From Candidatus Multivoradales bacterium (GTDB taxonomy: Bacteria > Acidobacteriota > Thermoanaerobaculia > Multivoradales > JAHEKO01): a stretch of 64,000 nucleotides of DNA. The notes below the pieces were generated by a model, which was not told where the DNA came from, searched no databases, and saw only the letters and a list, made by a program, of their open reading frames with translations. Shown here piece after piece: positions 47,378 through 56,769 of this stretch (its first letter is position 1; each line of letters opens with the position of its first letter). The position numbers were made by a program, and so were the translations under genes. The stretch lies in assembly GCA_965223855.1 (NCBI GenBank), contig CBDCXM010000009.1:336142-400141 (forward strand), written 5' to 3'.

Positions 47378-48382
47378 ATGGACGTCGAGCGATACCAGCG
47401 CGCCGCAGCCAGTCCGGCGTTGTACCTCTGCCTGCTGGGCCTGGCACTCGGGGTCGCAGGGTGCCCTCCGACCACGGTCCCGCCGTCGGCCCCGCCGCTC
47501 CCTCCGGAGCTCGATTTCCCCGCCGCCTACAGGGTCCAGGCCGCCGGACAGGTCCAGGTGGACACGATCGAGCTGCCGGGGACCGCGACGATGGACTATC
47601 TCGTCTACCCGAGCGGTCGGGTGGTCGTCACGCATCTCGACGTCCGGGTCCCGGACCTCGACATCGTCGTCTACTTTCTCTGGTGGGAGACCGACCGAGA
47701 GCGGCTGCGATGCAATCGGATGCACCTGACCGAGCCGGTCGTCGCCAGCCTGGTCGGCGATCGGATCGATTTCGCTGTCGGATCGGCCGCGATGCGGGGG
47801 GTGTCGTTCTTTGAGCGCTCGCCCTCGGGTGATTGCTCAGGGCGCCACCGGCGACTCGAGGTTTCCAACGACGGCGTGTTCTCCGTCCTGCACGACCCCG
47901 ACATGCCGAAGTGGGAGATGCGTGCCGCCTTCACGGCAACCTTCGACGGCAACAGCGTGCCGCTCGACTTCCGACTCGACGGCCGGTTTCTGAACCGGCC
48001 GCCGATGGCGTCGATGGGCGTCGCCGAGGCGGGCACGACGAGCTGGGAGCTCATCGGCGAGGGATGTCCGGTCGCCCAGGAGGAGTCCAAGATCCCGCCG
48101 AACCGTCCGGAGGGGCTGGTGCTCGATCTGCGTTCCTTCTCCTACGACAACGACAGCCGCGAAAGCGAGACCCGCTTTCAGGTGAAGTTCCCGCGTGGAG
48201 ACATCAGCACCGAGCAGTGGGCCAAGTCGAGCGGCGGCAAGTACGAGTACCTGGGCGAGGGCCGTCTCCTCGGACCGGTTCTCTTCGAGGCGGGCAAGGC
48301 CCATTCGCTGATGCTGACCGTCACCGATCGCACCGGGGCCAAGGCCCGACAGATCTGCCAGTTCGAGGTTTCGCCGTCATGA
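47378..48382 (+). CDS. hypothetical lipoprotein
   Basis: ATG 47378 with GGAGA Shine-Dalgarno. Lipobox LALGVAGC. No recognised domain. Confidence 0.5.
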   Translation: MDVERYQRAAASPALYLCLLGLALGVAGCPPTTVPPSAPPLPPELDFPAAYRVQAAGQVQVDTIELPGTATMDYLVYPSGRVVVTHLDVRVPDLDIVVYFLWWETDRERLRCNRMHLTEPVVASLVGDRIDFAVGSAAMRGVSFFERSPSGDCSGRHRRLEVSNDGVFSVLHDPDMPKWEMRAAFTATFDGNSVPLDFRLDGRFLNRPPMASMGVAEAGTTSWELIGEGCPVAQEESKIPPNRPEGLVLDLRSFSYDNDSRESETRFQVKFPRGDISTEQWAKSSGGKYEYLGEGRLLGPVLFEAGKAHSLMLTVTDRTGAKARQICQFEVSPS

Positions 48383-49707
48383 GCTCACTCCTCTCCCGGA
48401 TCCACCCTCGCTCCTTCGCGCTGCCGCTCCTTCTCCTCGTCGGCGCAGTCACGCCCGGCTGCGGCTTCTTCATCGACGAGTTCATCCCGCGCGGCCCGTC
48501 GCTCGAGTGCACGGCTCAGGTCCGCAGCGCAGACGGCCATGTCGAGACGATCTCCAGCCTCACCCACCCCGACTTCGTGGAGATCGTCACCAGTGGCGGT
48601 ACCACCGAGACGGCACAGCTGCGCGAGTACTTCCTGTGTGAAGCCGGCAGTTGTCCCGCTCCCGATGCCTGCCCCCGCTTCTCCTCGATCGCCAACGCGG
48701 AGGCGGACTGGGAGTCCTGGCTCGGCCTGCGGGTTCGTGGCCAGACCGCCGAGCCGACCTCCGTGTTCGGCCAGTTCGAAGGCCCGTGGTGCCTCGTCCC
48801 GGACACGATCGTCTGCACGGAAGCGGCCTTCCAGGAAGGCTACGGCGATTGCGGGCTGCTCCCGTCCGTCGATCGGTTGCCGATCTGCCCGGACGCTCCG
48901 CCGCCACCGCCCGGCGATCCGTGCCTCGAGATCGCCTGCAGTGGTGGCGTACCCTGCACCTCGGTCGACTTCGGTGACCTGCCGCTCGGCGGCACGGCGA
49001 CCGAAACGGTGACCGTGAGCAACTGCGGCGCCACCGCCAGCCCCGATATCGCACTGGTGCTCGACGGCGAGATCCTGCCGGACCTCGCATTCGGACAGCG
49101 CGACTTCGCGGTCACCCGTAACGACTGCCTCCCCGACACCCCGGAAGAGATGCTGGCGGGCGAGGAGATCCTCACCAACCCGTTGGTCGACGCCGTCAAC
49201 TCGCGCTGCGAGTTCGACGTCACCTTCGCACCCGAGAACCCGCGCGAGCACGGTGCCGAGATCGCCTTCCGCAGCGACCTCGACCCGCGCCACCAGATTG
49301 TCCTCAGGGGCAACGGCCTCGGCGGAAGCCTCATCTTCGAAGTGCCCGATCTGCCCGACCCGCGGGCGATTCCGCCGGCGATCTGCGTCGATGCGGTCGT
49401 CGGGAGCTGCACGCGCAGCCGCATCGTCCGGATCACCAACACCGGCCCGGGTGCGGTCACGATCACCGACGTCCGTCTCGACCGCGGGGCTCCGAACTGG
49501 CAGGTCGTCATGCCGACGGGCGCGGCCCTGCCGGTGACCCTCGGGCCGGCCGATCCCCCCTTCGACGTCACGGTGCGCTGGTGCACGAGCGCCCCGCCGG
49601 AAGAGCTGGACGGTCAGCTGGTCATCGACACGAACTCTCCCGACACCCCGACCTTCCTGCTCGGGCTCAACCGACAGGGCAGCGGTACCTGCCCGCCCGG
49701 AACCTGA
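48379..49707 (+). CDS. hypothetical Cys-rich lipoprotein
   Basis: ATGA overlap with the preceding lipoprotein gene. Lipobox GAVTPGC. Many Cys, and a PPPPPGDPC stretch. Confidence 0.5.
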   Translation: MSSLLSRIHPRSFALPLLLLVGAVTPGCGFFIDEFIPRGPSLECTAQVRSADGHVETISSLTHPDFVEIVTSGGTTETAQLREYFLCEAGSCPAPDACPRFSSIANAEADWESWLGLRVRGQTAEPTSVFGQFEGPWCLVPDTIVCTEAAFQEGYGDCGLLPSVDRLPICPDAPPPPPGDPCLEIACSGGVPCTSVDFGDLPLGGTATETVTVSNCGATASPDIALVLDGEILPDLAFGQRDFAVTRNDCLPDTPEEMLAGEEILTNPLVDAVNSRCEFDVTFAPENPREHGAEIAFRSDLDPRHQIVLRGNGLGGSLIFEVPDLPDPRAIPPAICVDAVVGSCTRSRIVRITNTGPGAVTITDVRLDRGAPNWQVVMPTGAALPVTLGPADPPFDVTVRWCTSAPPEELDGQLVIDTNSPDTPTFLLGLNRQGSGTCPPGT

Positions 49708-49765
49708 CGCCAGGAACCTGGTGCTCGACACCTGACGCTCGGAGCCTGGCGTCGGTATCCGGGGC

Positions 49766-50176
49766 TCAGCCCAACGCTTCGAGCTGCCGGCGCAGGTCGT
49801 CCGGCAGCGGCTTCTTTTCGCCCGTCCGGTAGTCGATCAGCACGACGACTCCCTTACCCCGGGCGACCGGCTTGTCGGGGGTCGAGGCTCGCGCCGCCCG
49901 GTAGTCCATGCCGAAGCTGGTAGTGCCGAGTCTCGAGATCCGCGTGCCGACGACGATCTCCTCCGGATAATGAACCGCCTCGAGGAAATCGCAGCTCGTG
50001 TGGGCGAGGATCGGGCCCGTCTCCGGGGTGCCGTCGGTCGCGAGGCCGAGCTGCCGGAAGCACTCGATCCTGGCGGTCTCGAACCAGGTGAAGTAGCGCG
50101 CGTTGTTCACGTGACCGAGCGCGTCGAGCTCGGACCAGTGCAGGCGGAAGGTGACGGTGACCGGAAAGCCGTCCAT
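49766..50176 (-). CDS. acyl-CoA thioesterase, 4HBT/YbgC hotdog family
   Basis: HWSELDALGHVNNARYFTWFE is the typical 4HBT N-terminal motif. 136 aa. Confidence 0.65.
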   Translation of the reverse strand: MDGFPVTVTFRLHWSELDALGHVNNARYFTWFETARIECFRQLGLATDGTPETGPILAHTSCDFLEAVHYPEEIVVGTRISRLGTTSFGMDYRAARASTPDKPVARGKGVVVLIDYRTGEKKPLPDDLRRQLEALG

Positions 50177-50246
50177 CCCGGCATCCTAGCCCGTTCTTCT
50201 CAGACGGCAGCGGCCTGATTTCGCCGGTGACGGGCGGCCAACCGGG

Positions 50247-50681
50247 CTACTGCGGCTCGAGAGGAACGGACTGCCGGTTCCGGCGGCCGCCGCTCTCCCA
50301 CAGATAGCTGACCATCGCCGGCCTGCCCTGCCATTCGAGCACTGCGACGCGCAGGTCGCAGCGCCTGACCCTGCGGTCCCGGGTCAGCACCCTCACGGCC
50401 AGGGTCGCTTCCGGATCGGGATCGCAGACCAGTCCCGCCAGCCGCCGGGCGAGGACCTGCCGGCGGTCGTCCGGGTGCACCAGCTCGCCGAAGCTCATCC
50501 GCGCCAGCTCGCGCGGTCGGTAGCCCAGATGCTTCGAGACCGCCGGATTGGAGTACCTCAGAAGGCCGTCCTGCGCCACCAGGATCATCTCGCCGGCATG
50601 GTCGGCCACCTGGCGGAACGCGTCGCCCCCTGTGAGCCGGGCTCGGTCGGGGGTCGCTGTGGCGGCGATCGGAATCGTCAT
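50247..50681 (-). CDS. stand-alone PAS-domain protein
   Basis: Start at internal ATG 50681 with a strong GAGGAGGAAG Shine-Dalgarno. PAS-like core (ILVAQDGLLRYSNPAVSKHLGYRPRELARMSFGELVHPDD). The upstream part of the track ORF is antisense to the MscS gene. Confidence 0.5.
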   Translation of the reverse strand: MTIPIAATATPDRARLTGGDAFRQVADHAGEMILVAQDGLLRYSNPAVSKHLGYRPRELARMSFGELVHPDDRRQVLARRLAGLVCDPDPEATLAVRVLTRDRRVRRCDLRVAVLEWQGRPAMVSYLWESGGRRNRQSVPLEPQ

Positions 50682-50913
50682 CTCCCTCTTCCTCCTCGAC
50701 ACTGCTTCTCGCAAGGTCCATACCGACTCAGGCCGGGCTCGCAACTCCCTGACGGGGAGGCACTTACAGCATCCCGCAACCGTGGCGGCGATCCTCGAGC
50801 CTCCCGGCGACCGGGGAGTTCTTCCCCGGTCGAACGGCGCCGGCGCGACCTCGACACCTGCGACCACAGTGAGCCCCAGCCGGTAAGATCGCCCGGCAGC
50901 CCCCTGAGATCCC

Positions 50914-51807
50914 ATGGAACCCGACGCAGCGATCGAAAAGGTCAAGAGCGCACTCGACGTGCCGCTGTTCTCGATCGCCGGCACCGAGATCACGGCGGCG
51001 ACCCTGACGGCGTTCTTCCTCATCGTCGTCGCTTCCTTCGTCATCTCGAAGTTGCTGCGCAAGGGCGTCGAGCGCTTCCTGACGGCGCGCGAGGTCGAAG
51101 ACCATGGAACCCGTGCGGTCATCTCGCGGCTGCTGCACTACGTGATCGTCTTCGTCGGCGTCGGCACGGCCCTTCACACGATCGGCATCAACCTGAGCGC
51201 TCTCTTCGCCGCCGGGGCACTCTTTGCCGTGGCGATCGGTTTCGCGATGCAGAACGTCACCGCGAACTTCGTCTCCGGCGTCATCCTGCTCGTCGAGCGG
51301 TCGATCAAGCCGGGAGACGTGATCGAGGTCAACGGCGCCATGGTGCGGGTGCGCGACATGGGCATCCGCGCCACGATCGTGCGCACGCTCGACGACGAGG
51401 ACGTGGTGATCCCCAATTCGGTGCTGGTCCAGGGTGAGGTCAAGAACTTCACCTTTCGCGACGACCTCTACCGGTTGCGGGTCGAGGTCGGCGTCGCCTA
51501 CGAATCGGATCTGCACCGGGTGCGGGACGTGCTCGAGGCGTGCACACGCAGCCTCGATTGGCGCAGCGATCAGAGGGACCCGGTCGTCCTGCTGACCCTC
51601 TTCGGCAGCTCCTCCGTCGACTACGAGATCTCGGTGTGGACCGAGAACCCCTGGAAGAGCCGCTCCGACCGCTCGCGCCTGCGAGAAGCGATCTGGTGGG
51701 CGTTCCAGGAAGCGGGCATCACGATCGCCTTCCCGCAGCTCGACGTTCACTTCGACGACCGGGAGGGGAAGAGGCCGGACTTGAGAAAGGTGCAGGCCTC
51801 GGAGTGA
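50914..51807 (+). CDS. mechanosensitive ion channel, MscS family (second paralogue)
   Basis: TM helices plus MscS beta-domain (GDVIEVNGAMVRVRDMGIRATIVRTLDDEDVVIPNS). Confidence 0.75.
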   Translation: MEPDAAIEKVKSALDVPLFSIAGTEITAATLTAFFLIVVASFVISKLLRKGVERFLTAREVEDHGTRAVISRLLHYVIVFVGVGTALHTIGINLSALFAAGALFAVAIGFAMQNVTANFVSGVILLVERSIKPGDVIEVNGAMVRVRDMGIRATIVRTLDDEDVVIPNSVLVQGEVKNFTFRDDLYRLRVEVGVAYESDLHRVRDVLEACTRSLDWRSDQRDPVVLLTLFGSSSVDYEISVWTENPWKSRSDRSRLREAIWWAFQEAGITIAFPQLDVHFDDREGKRPDLRKVQASE

Positions 51808-51890
51808 ACCGCCGGCGCCGCAGGCGAAAGTCCGCCCCGGGCTCCCAGCCAGGGCACATCGCACTCGAGCCGGACGCAGGCGAGGTTTCG

Positions 51891-52871
51891 ATGAGCCTCA
51901 TCGGTTACCGCGGCGAGCGAATCGCCGAAGTCGAGACCGTGGATCTCGCCGATGTCCGCGACTACCTCGACCGCTTCGACGTCACCTGGGTCAACGTCGA
52001 TGGCCTCGGCGACGGCCGGCTCCTGCACGAGCTGGCGGAGCTCTTCGGCATGCACGCCCTGGCGCTCGAAGACGTCGTGCACGTAGGCCAGCGGCCAAAG
52101 GTCGAGATCTACGAAGAGGATCTCTTCATCGTCGCCCAGATGGTCTCGCTCGATGATCGTTCCACCGCCTCCGAGCAGATCAGTCTCTACCTCACCGACC
52201 GCTGCGTCATCACCTTCCAGGAGCGGCCCGGGGACTGTCTCGAGCCCGTACGGCAGCGATTGCGAGCCGGCCATCGACGGCGGCTGCGGGAGCGGGGCCC
52301 CGACTACCTCGCCTACGCCATTCTCGACGCGGTCATCGACCACTACTTCCCGACCCTCGAGGAGTTCCAGGACCGGCTGGAAGCGTTCGAGGAGCGCCTG
52401 CGCGAAGGGGTCGAGGATCCGCACGACGAGATCCGAGGCACCCGACGCGACCTGCAGACGCTGCGCCAGGCGATCCAGCCGACCCGCGACGCGACCCGCC
52501 TGCTGGCGGCGACCGAGCTGCCGCGAATCACCGCCGAGACTCAGACCTTCCTGCGCGATTGCCACGACCACGTGCTCGAGGCGGTCGAGCAGCTCGAATC
52601 GTGCCGCGAGATCGCCTCCGGGCTGATGGACCTCCACCTCGCCGCAGAGAGCCATCGGGCCAACGAGACCATGAAGGTGCTCACGCTGGTGGCGACGATC
52701 TTCATGCCGTTGTCGTTTCTTGCCGGCGTCTACGGCATGAACTTCGACTCGTCGCTGCCGGGCAACATGCCCGAGCTGTCGATCCCTTACGGCTACGTCG
52801 GCCTGCTCGGCATCATGCTGGTGCTCGCAGTCCTGATGCTGATCTTCTTTCGCAGGAACCGCTGGCTGTGA
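51891..52871 (+). CDS. corA: CorA-family magnesium/cobalt transporter
   Basis: Start at internal ATG 51891. C-terminal two TM helices carrying the YGMNF (GMN) signature. Confidence 0.75.
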   Translation: MSLIGYRGERIAEVETVDLADVRDYLDRFDVTWVNVDGLGDGRLLHELAELFGMHALALEDVVHVGQRPKVEIYEEDLFIVAQMVSLDDRSTASEQISLYLTDRCVITFQERPGDCLEPVRQRLRAGHRRRLRERGPDYLAYAILDAVIDHYFPTLEEFQDRLEAFEERLREGVEDPHDEIRGTRRDLQTLRQAIQPTRDATRLLAATELPRITAETQTFLRDCHDHVLEAVEQLESCREIASGLMDLHLAAESHRANETMKVLTLVATIFMPLSFLAGVYGMNFDSSLPGNMPELSIPYGYVGLLGIMLVLAVLMLIFFRRNRWL

Positions 52872-52995
52872 CCGCTCCCCGCGGGAACCAGCCGAGCCTG
52901 TGCGGAGTCGAAGCCGACGCAGTTGTGCCGAGCGACCTGAGACCGCTTCCAACGACACCGAACCCGAATCCCGAGCCAACCCTGGAGACCGACCG

Positions 52996-54336
52996 ATGAT
53001 CCGCAACCTCTCCCGCACGCTCCTCAGCCTCGCAGTTTTCGCCCTCACGGCCGTCCATGCAGGAGCCGACGACTGGCCGCAGTGGCGCGGCGCCGACCGC
53101 GACGGCAAGTCGGCCGAGACCGGGCTTCTCCAGAGCTGGCCGGAGGGCGGCCCGCCGCTCGCCTGGACGGCGGAAGGGCTCGGAAGCGGCTTCTCGAGCC
53201 TCTCGGTCGCCGACGGTCGCATCTATACGCTGGGCGACCTCGAGGACTCGCAGTACGCGATCGCCCTGAGCGAAGAGACGGGCGAGATTCTCTGGAAGAC
53301 CGCCATCGGCCCGTCGTGGGAGGACCGATTCCTCGGGCCCCGCTCGACGCCGACCATCGACGGCGACCACGTCTACATCATGAGCACCGAGGGCGACGTG
53401 ATCTGCCTCGAGGCCGCGACCGGCACCGAGAAATGGCGCCGCAGCCTGCCGAACGACTTCGAGAGCAACATGATGCAGGCGATGGGGTCGACCGACTGGA
53501 AATACTCGGAGTCGCCGCTGGTCGACGGCGACCGGGTGATCGTCACCCCGGGGGTCACGCCGGCAGCGCTGGTCGCGCTCGACAAGGCCACCGGAGAGAC
53601 GATCTGGCAGGCGCCGATCGGCCGCATCGGCTCGGCGGGCGCGCACGGCGCCGGCTACTCGTCGGTGGTGGTCTCGCACGGCGCCGGCGTCAAGCAGTAC
53701 GTGCAGCTCATCGGCCGCGGAGTGATCGGCATCGAAGCCGAGAGCGGGCGCCATCTGTGGGGATACAACAGGGTGGCCAACGACATCGCGAACATCCCGA
53801 CTCCGATCGTCGACGGCGACCATGTGTTCGCGACCACCGGCTACGGCACCGGCGCGGCGCTGATCCGAATCGTCCCGGCCGAGGAAGGGAGCGAGGACGC
53901 CGAGGAGGGAAAGCTCGCCGCCGAGGAGGTCTACTTCCTCGAAGCCGACACCTTCCAGAACCATCACGGCGGCGTCATTCTCCACGATGGCTATCTGTAC
54001 GCGGGCACCGGCCACAATCGGGGGTTCCCGGTGGCGGTCAAGCTGGACGACGGATCGGTGGCCTGGGGGCCGGAGCGCAACGACGGCAGCGGCTCGGCTG
54101 CGGTGGCCTACGCGGACGGGCGGCTCTATTTCCGCTACCAGAACGGGGTGGTGGTGCTGATCGAGGCGACGCCGGACGAGTATCGGGAGCACGGCTCGTT
54201 CGAGATTCCCGAGGTCGAGCACCCGAGCTGGCCGCATCCGGTGATCTCGGACGGCAAGCTCTATCTGCGCGAGCAGGACAAGTTGTATGTCTACGACGTG
54301 CGGGCGCCGGTGACGGAGGCGGCGGGAGCCTTCTGA
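52996..54336 (+). CDS. PQQ-like beta-propeller repeat secreted protein (BamB/YxaL-like), paralogue 1
   Basis: Start at ATG 52996 gives a signal peptide followed by the WPQWRG motif. Repeated propeller blades. Confidence 0.6.
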   Translation: MIRNLSRTLLSLAVFALTAVHAGADDWPQWRGADRDGKSAETGLLQSWPEGGPPLAWTAEGLGSGFSSLSVADGRIYTLGDLEDSQYAIALSEETGEILWKTAIGPSWEDRFLGPRSTPTIDGDHVYIMSTEGDVICLEAATGTEKWRRSLPNDFESNMMQAMGSTDWKYSESPLVDGDRVIVTPGVTPAALVALDKATGETIWQAPIGRIGSAGAHGAGYSSVVVSHGAGVKQYVQLIGRGVIGIEAESGRHLWGYNRVANDIANIPTPIVDGDHVFATTGYGTGAALIRIVPAEEGSEDAEEGKLAAEEVYFLEADTFQNHHGGVILHDGYLYAGTGHNRGFPVAVKLDDGSVAWGPERNDGSGSAAVAYADGRLYFRYQNGVVVLIEATPDEYREHGSFEIPEVEHPSWPHPVISDGKLYLREQDKLYVYDVRAPVTEAAGAF

Positions 54337-54632
54337 GGCTAGTCACCTGGGGCCGGGCGGGCCTTCGATGAGGAGAGGAACTCGGGTATTTCGAGCGGGG
54401 CCTTGCGCCGCTAGAGCCGGTCTCTGAGGAGCGTGGAAGCCGCGCCCGAGGGGGACGGCGCGCGTCAGGGGTGGGAGAACCCTCGACGCGCGCTCGCTCG
54501 CCTGCGCCGGGTACCCGCTCGATAGAAGGACGGCTTTCGGGGCTTGGCGAGAGCCCCCTCGGGCCCGGCTTCCACGCTCCTCAGAGACCTACCGCCCTTG
54601 TTCTTGCGGACCTCCCTTCGGCCCTAGGCCTG

Positions 54633-55949
54633 TCAGGGGGCGGCTTCGGCAACCGTATCCGCCTCCTCAGCAAGACAATAGAGAGAAGAGGATCCTCGGA
54701 GGTAGAGCTCGCTTCCCGCGAGGGCGGGCGAAGCGGCGAAGTCCTCGTCAAGCTGGTTCTCGGCCAGTACTTCGAACTCGGGGCCGGTGCCGAGGACGAC
54801 GGTCGTGCCGCCGCGGCCGACGATGTAGATGCGGCCGTCGGCGGCCACGAGGGAGGAGTAGACGCCGTCGATCCCCGGCAGGCGGACGGGGCCGAAGCGC
54901 TTCTCGCCGGTCTTCGCGTCGAGGCTCGTGAGGATGCCGGTGTTGACCTTGAGGAAGTAGAGCTGGTCGCCGTAGAGGACGGGTGACGGGACATAGGGAG
55001 TGTCTTCGTCGTACGACCAGGCGAACTCGTCTTCGGTGCCGGCGGCCTCGGGCCGGATCGCCTTGAAGGCGGCGCCGCGGAAGCCGCTGGTGGCGTAGAC
55101 GAGGCCGTTTGCGTAGATCGGCGACGGCACGACGTTGACGGTCTGGCCGCCGACCGCCCAGCGCTCTTCGCCGGTCGCGAGGTCGTAGCCGCGCACGGCG
55201 CCGGTGGCGCTGACGACCACCTCGGTCACGCCGTCGCGCTCGATGACGATCGGGGTCGACCACGAGGTGACCTCTTCGCGTTCGTGGCGCCAGCGCTCCT
55301 CGCCGCTGGTCTTGTCGAAGACGACGAGGAAGGAGTCGCCCTCGTGATCCCAGTTGAGGACGAGCGCGTCGCCCGCGAGCACCGGCGACGAGCCTTCGCC
55401 GAAGCCGCGGCGGGTGGCCATGTCACCCAGGTCCTTCGACCACAGAAGGTCGCCCTCGAGGTCGTAGACGTAGGTGCCCAGCGAGCCGAAGTGGGCGACG
55501 AGGACCTCGCCGTCGGTGACCGGCGAAGCCGACGCCCAGGAGGCGTCGGTGTGGGTCCCCTCGTGCGGTTCTTTCTCGATCGGGACGTGCTCCCACGTCT
55601 TCTCGCCGGTCGCCCGGTCATAGGCGAGGACGGTCATCCGCAGCGGGCCGTCGGGAGCGACGCCGCGCTGGCCTTCCTGCGGCCCGCTCGGAGCCCGGGT
55701 CGGCACCGCGGTGACGACGTAGACGCGCTCGCCCCAGACGATCGGCGAGCCGTGGCCGTAGCCGGGGATATCGGCCTTCCATCGCACGTTCCTCTCCTCC
55801 GACCACTCGAGCGGCGGCTCGGCGTCGGGAGCGGCGCCGCTGGCGAGCGGGCCGCGCCACTGCGGCCAGGCGGCCTCTCCGGCTGCGGCGAACGTCGCCG
55901 GCGTGAGCGCCAACGCGAGAAGAGCTGCAGTGACTCTGTTCGGTGCCAT
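54633..55949 (-). CDS. PQQ-like beta-propeller repeat secreted protein, paralogue 2
   Basis: ATG 55949 with GGAGG Shine-Dalgarno. Signal peptide then AAWPQWRGP. Same blade pattern as the neighbouring paralogues. Confidence 0.6.
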   Translation of the reverse strand: MAPNRVTAALLALALTPATFAAAGEAAWPQWRGPLASGAAPDAEPPLEWSEERNVRWKADIPGYGHGSPIVWGERVYVVTAVPTRAPSGPQEGQRGVAPDGPLRMTVLAYDRATGEKTWEHVPIEKEPHEGTHTDASWASASPVTDGEVLVAHFGSLGTYVYDLEGDLLWSKDLGDMATRRGFGEGSSPVLAGDALVLNWDHEGDSFLVVFDKTSGEERWRHEREEVTSWSTPIVIERDGVTEVVVSATGAVRGYDLATGEERWAVGGQTVNVVPSPIYANGLVYATSGFRGAAFKAIRPEAAGTEDEFAWSYDEDTPYVPSPVLYGDQLYFLKVNTGILTSLDAKTGEKRFGPVRLPGIDGVYSSLVAADGRIYIVGRGGTTVVLGTGPEFEVLAENQLDEDFAASPALAGSELYLRGSSSLYCLAEEADTVAEAAP

Positions 55950-56094
55950 CGGGAAGACCTCCACATGGTGAGTGAATCGGACGGCGATCGTACCGTGCCG
56001 ATTCGTCGTGGCTGCGGCACGGGTACACTGCACCTCCCATTCCGGGCGCGGTCTGCGGAACCGACTGCGCTCCTGCGGGAGAGGAGACGAATCG

Positions 56095-56646
56095 ATGGCA
56101 ACTGCTCAGAGTTCCGGCCTCGCGTGGCTGGTCTTCGTGTTCATGACCGTGGCGTCTTGGGGCGTCTACGGGATCTTCCTTCACAACGGCCAGACGGCGA
56201 TGGGCGACCCGGTCAACGGGCGCTACAAGGCGTTCCTCTTCGTCGGCGTCGCCTACTTCCTGACCGCGGTGCTGGCGCCGCTCGTGCTACTGAAGCTCCG
56301 CGGCGCCGAGTGGGCGATGCCCGCCTCAGGCATCACCTGGTCTCTGGTGGCGGGGATCGTCGGCGCCGCCGGGGCGTTCGGCGTGCTGCTCGCCTTCGGC
56401 GCCGGCGGCACCCCTGCTTCGGTGATGTCGCTCGTCTTCGCCGGAGCGCCGGTCGTCAACGCGATCGTCGCTCTGACCTGGCATCCGCCGGCCGGAGGCA
56501 TCGGCTCGATCCGCTGGCCGTTCTTTGCAGGCATCGTGCTCGCCGCGCTCGGGGGCTACCTCGTGACGGTGTTCAAACCGGCACCGGGACCGGCTCCCGG
56601 CTCCCCACCGAAAGCGCCGACCGAGGTCGCCTCGCAGCAGAAATAG
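56095..56646 (+). CDS. hypothetical integral membrane protein (about 5 TM)
   Basis: ATG 56095 with GGGAGAGGAG Shine-Dalgarno. Hydrophobic throughout. Sits between the propeller genes. Confidence 0.4.
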   Translation: MATAQSSGLAWLVFVFMTVASWGVYGIFLHNGQTAMGDPVNGRYKAFLFVGVAYFLTAVLAPLVLLKLRGAEWAMPASGITWSLVAGIVGAAGAFGVLLAFGAGGTPASVMSLVFAGAPVVNAIVALTWHPPAGGIGSIRWPFFAGIVLAALGGYLVTVFKPAPGPAPGSPPKAPTEVASQQK

Positions 56647-56769
56647 CCGGCGGTCGATGCCGGTCCGCATGCGGCGAGCCGCCTGCTAGAATCGGGCAGG
56701 TCGCTTTCCCCGGAAGACGCATCCGCGCCCTCCGAATCCACACCTCCAAGAGCCCACAAGGAGTCGCAC

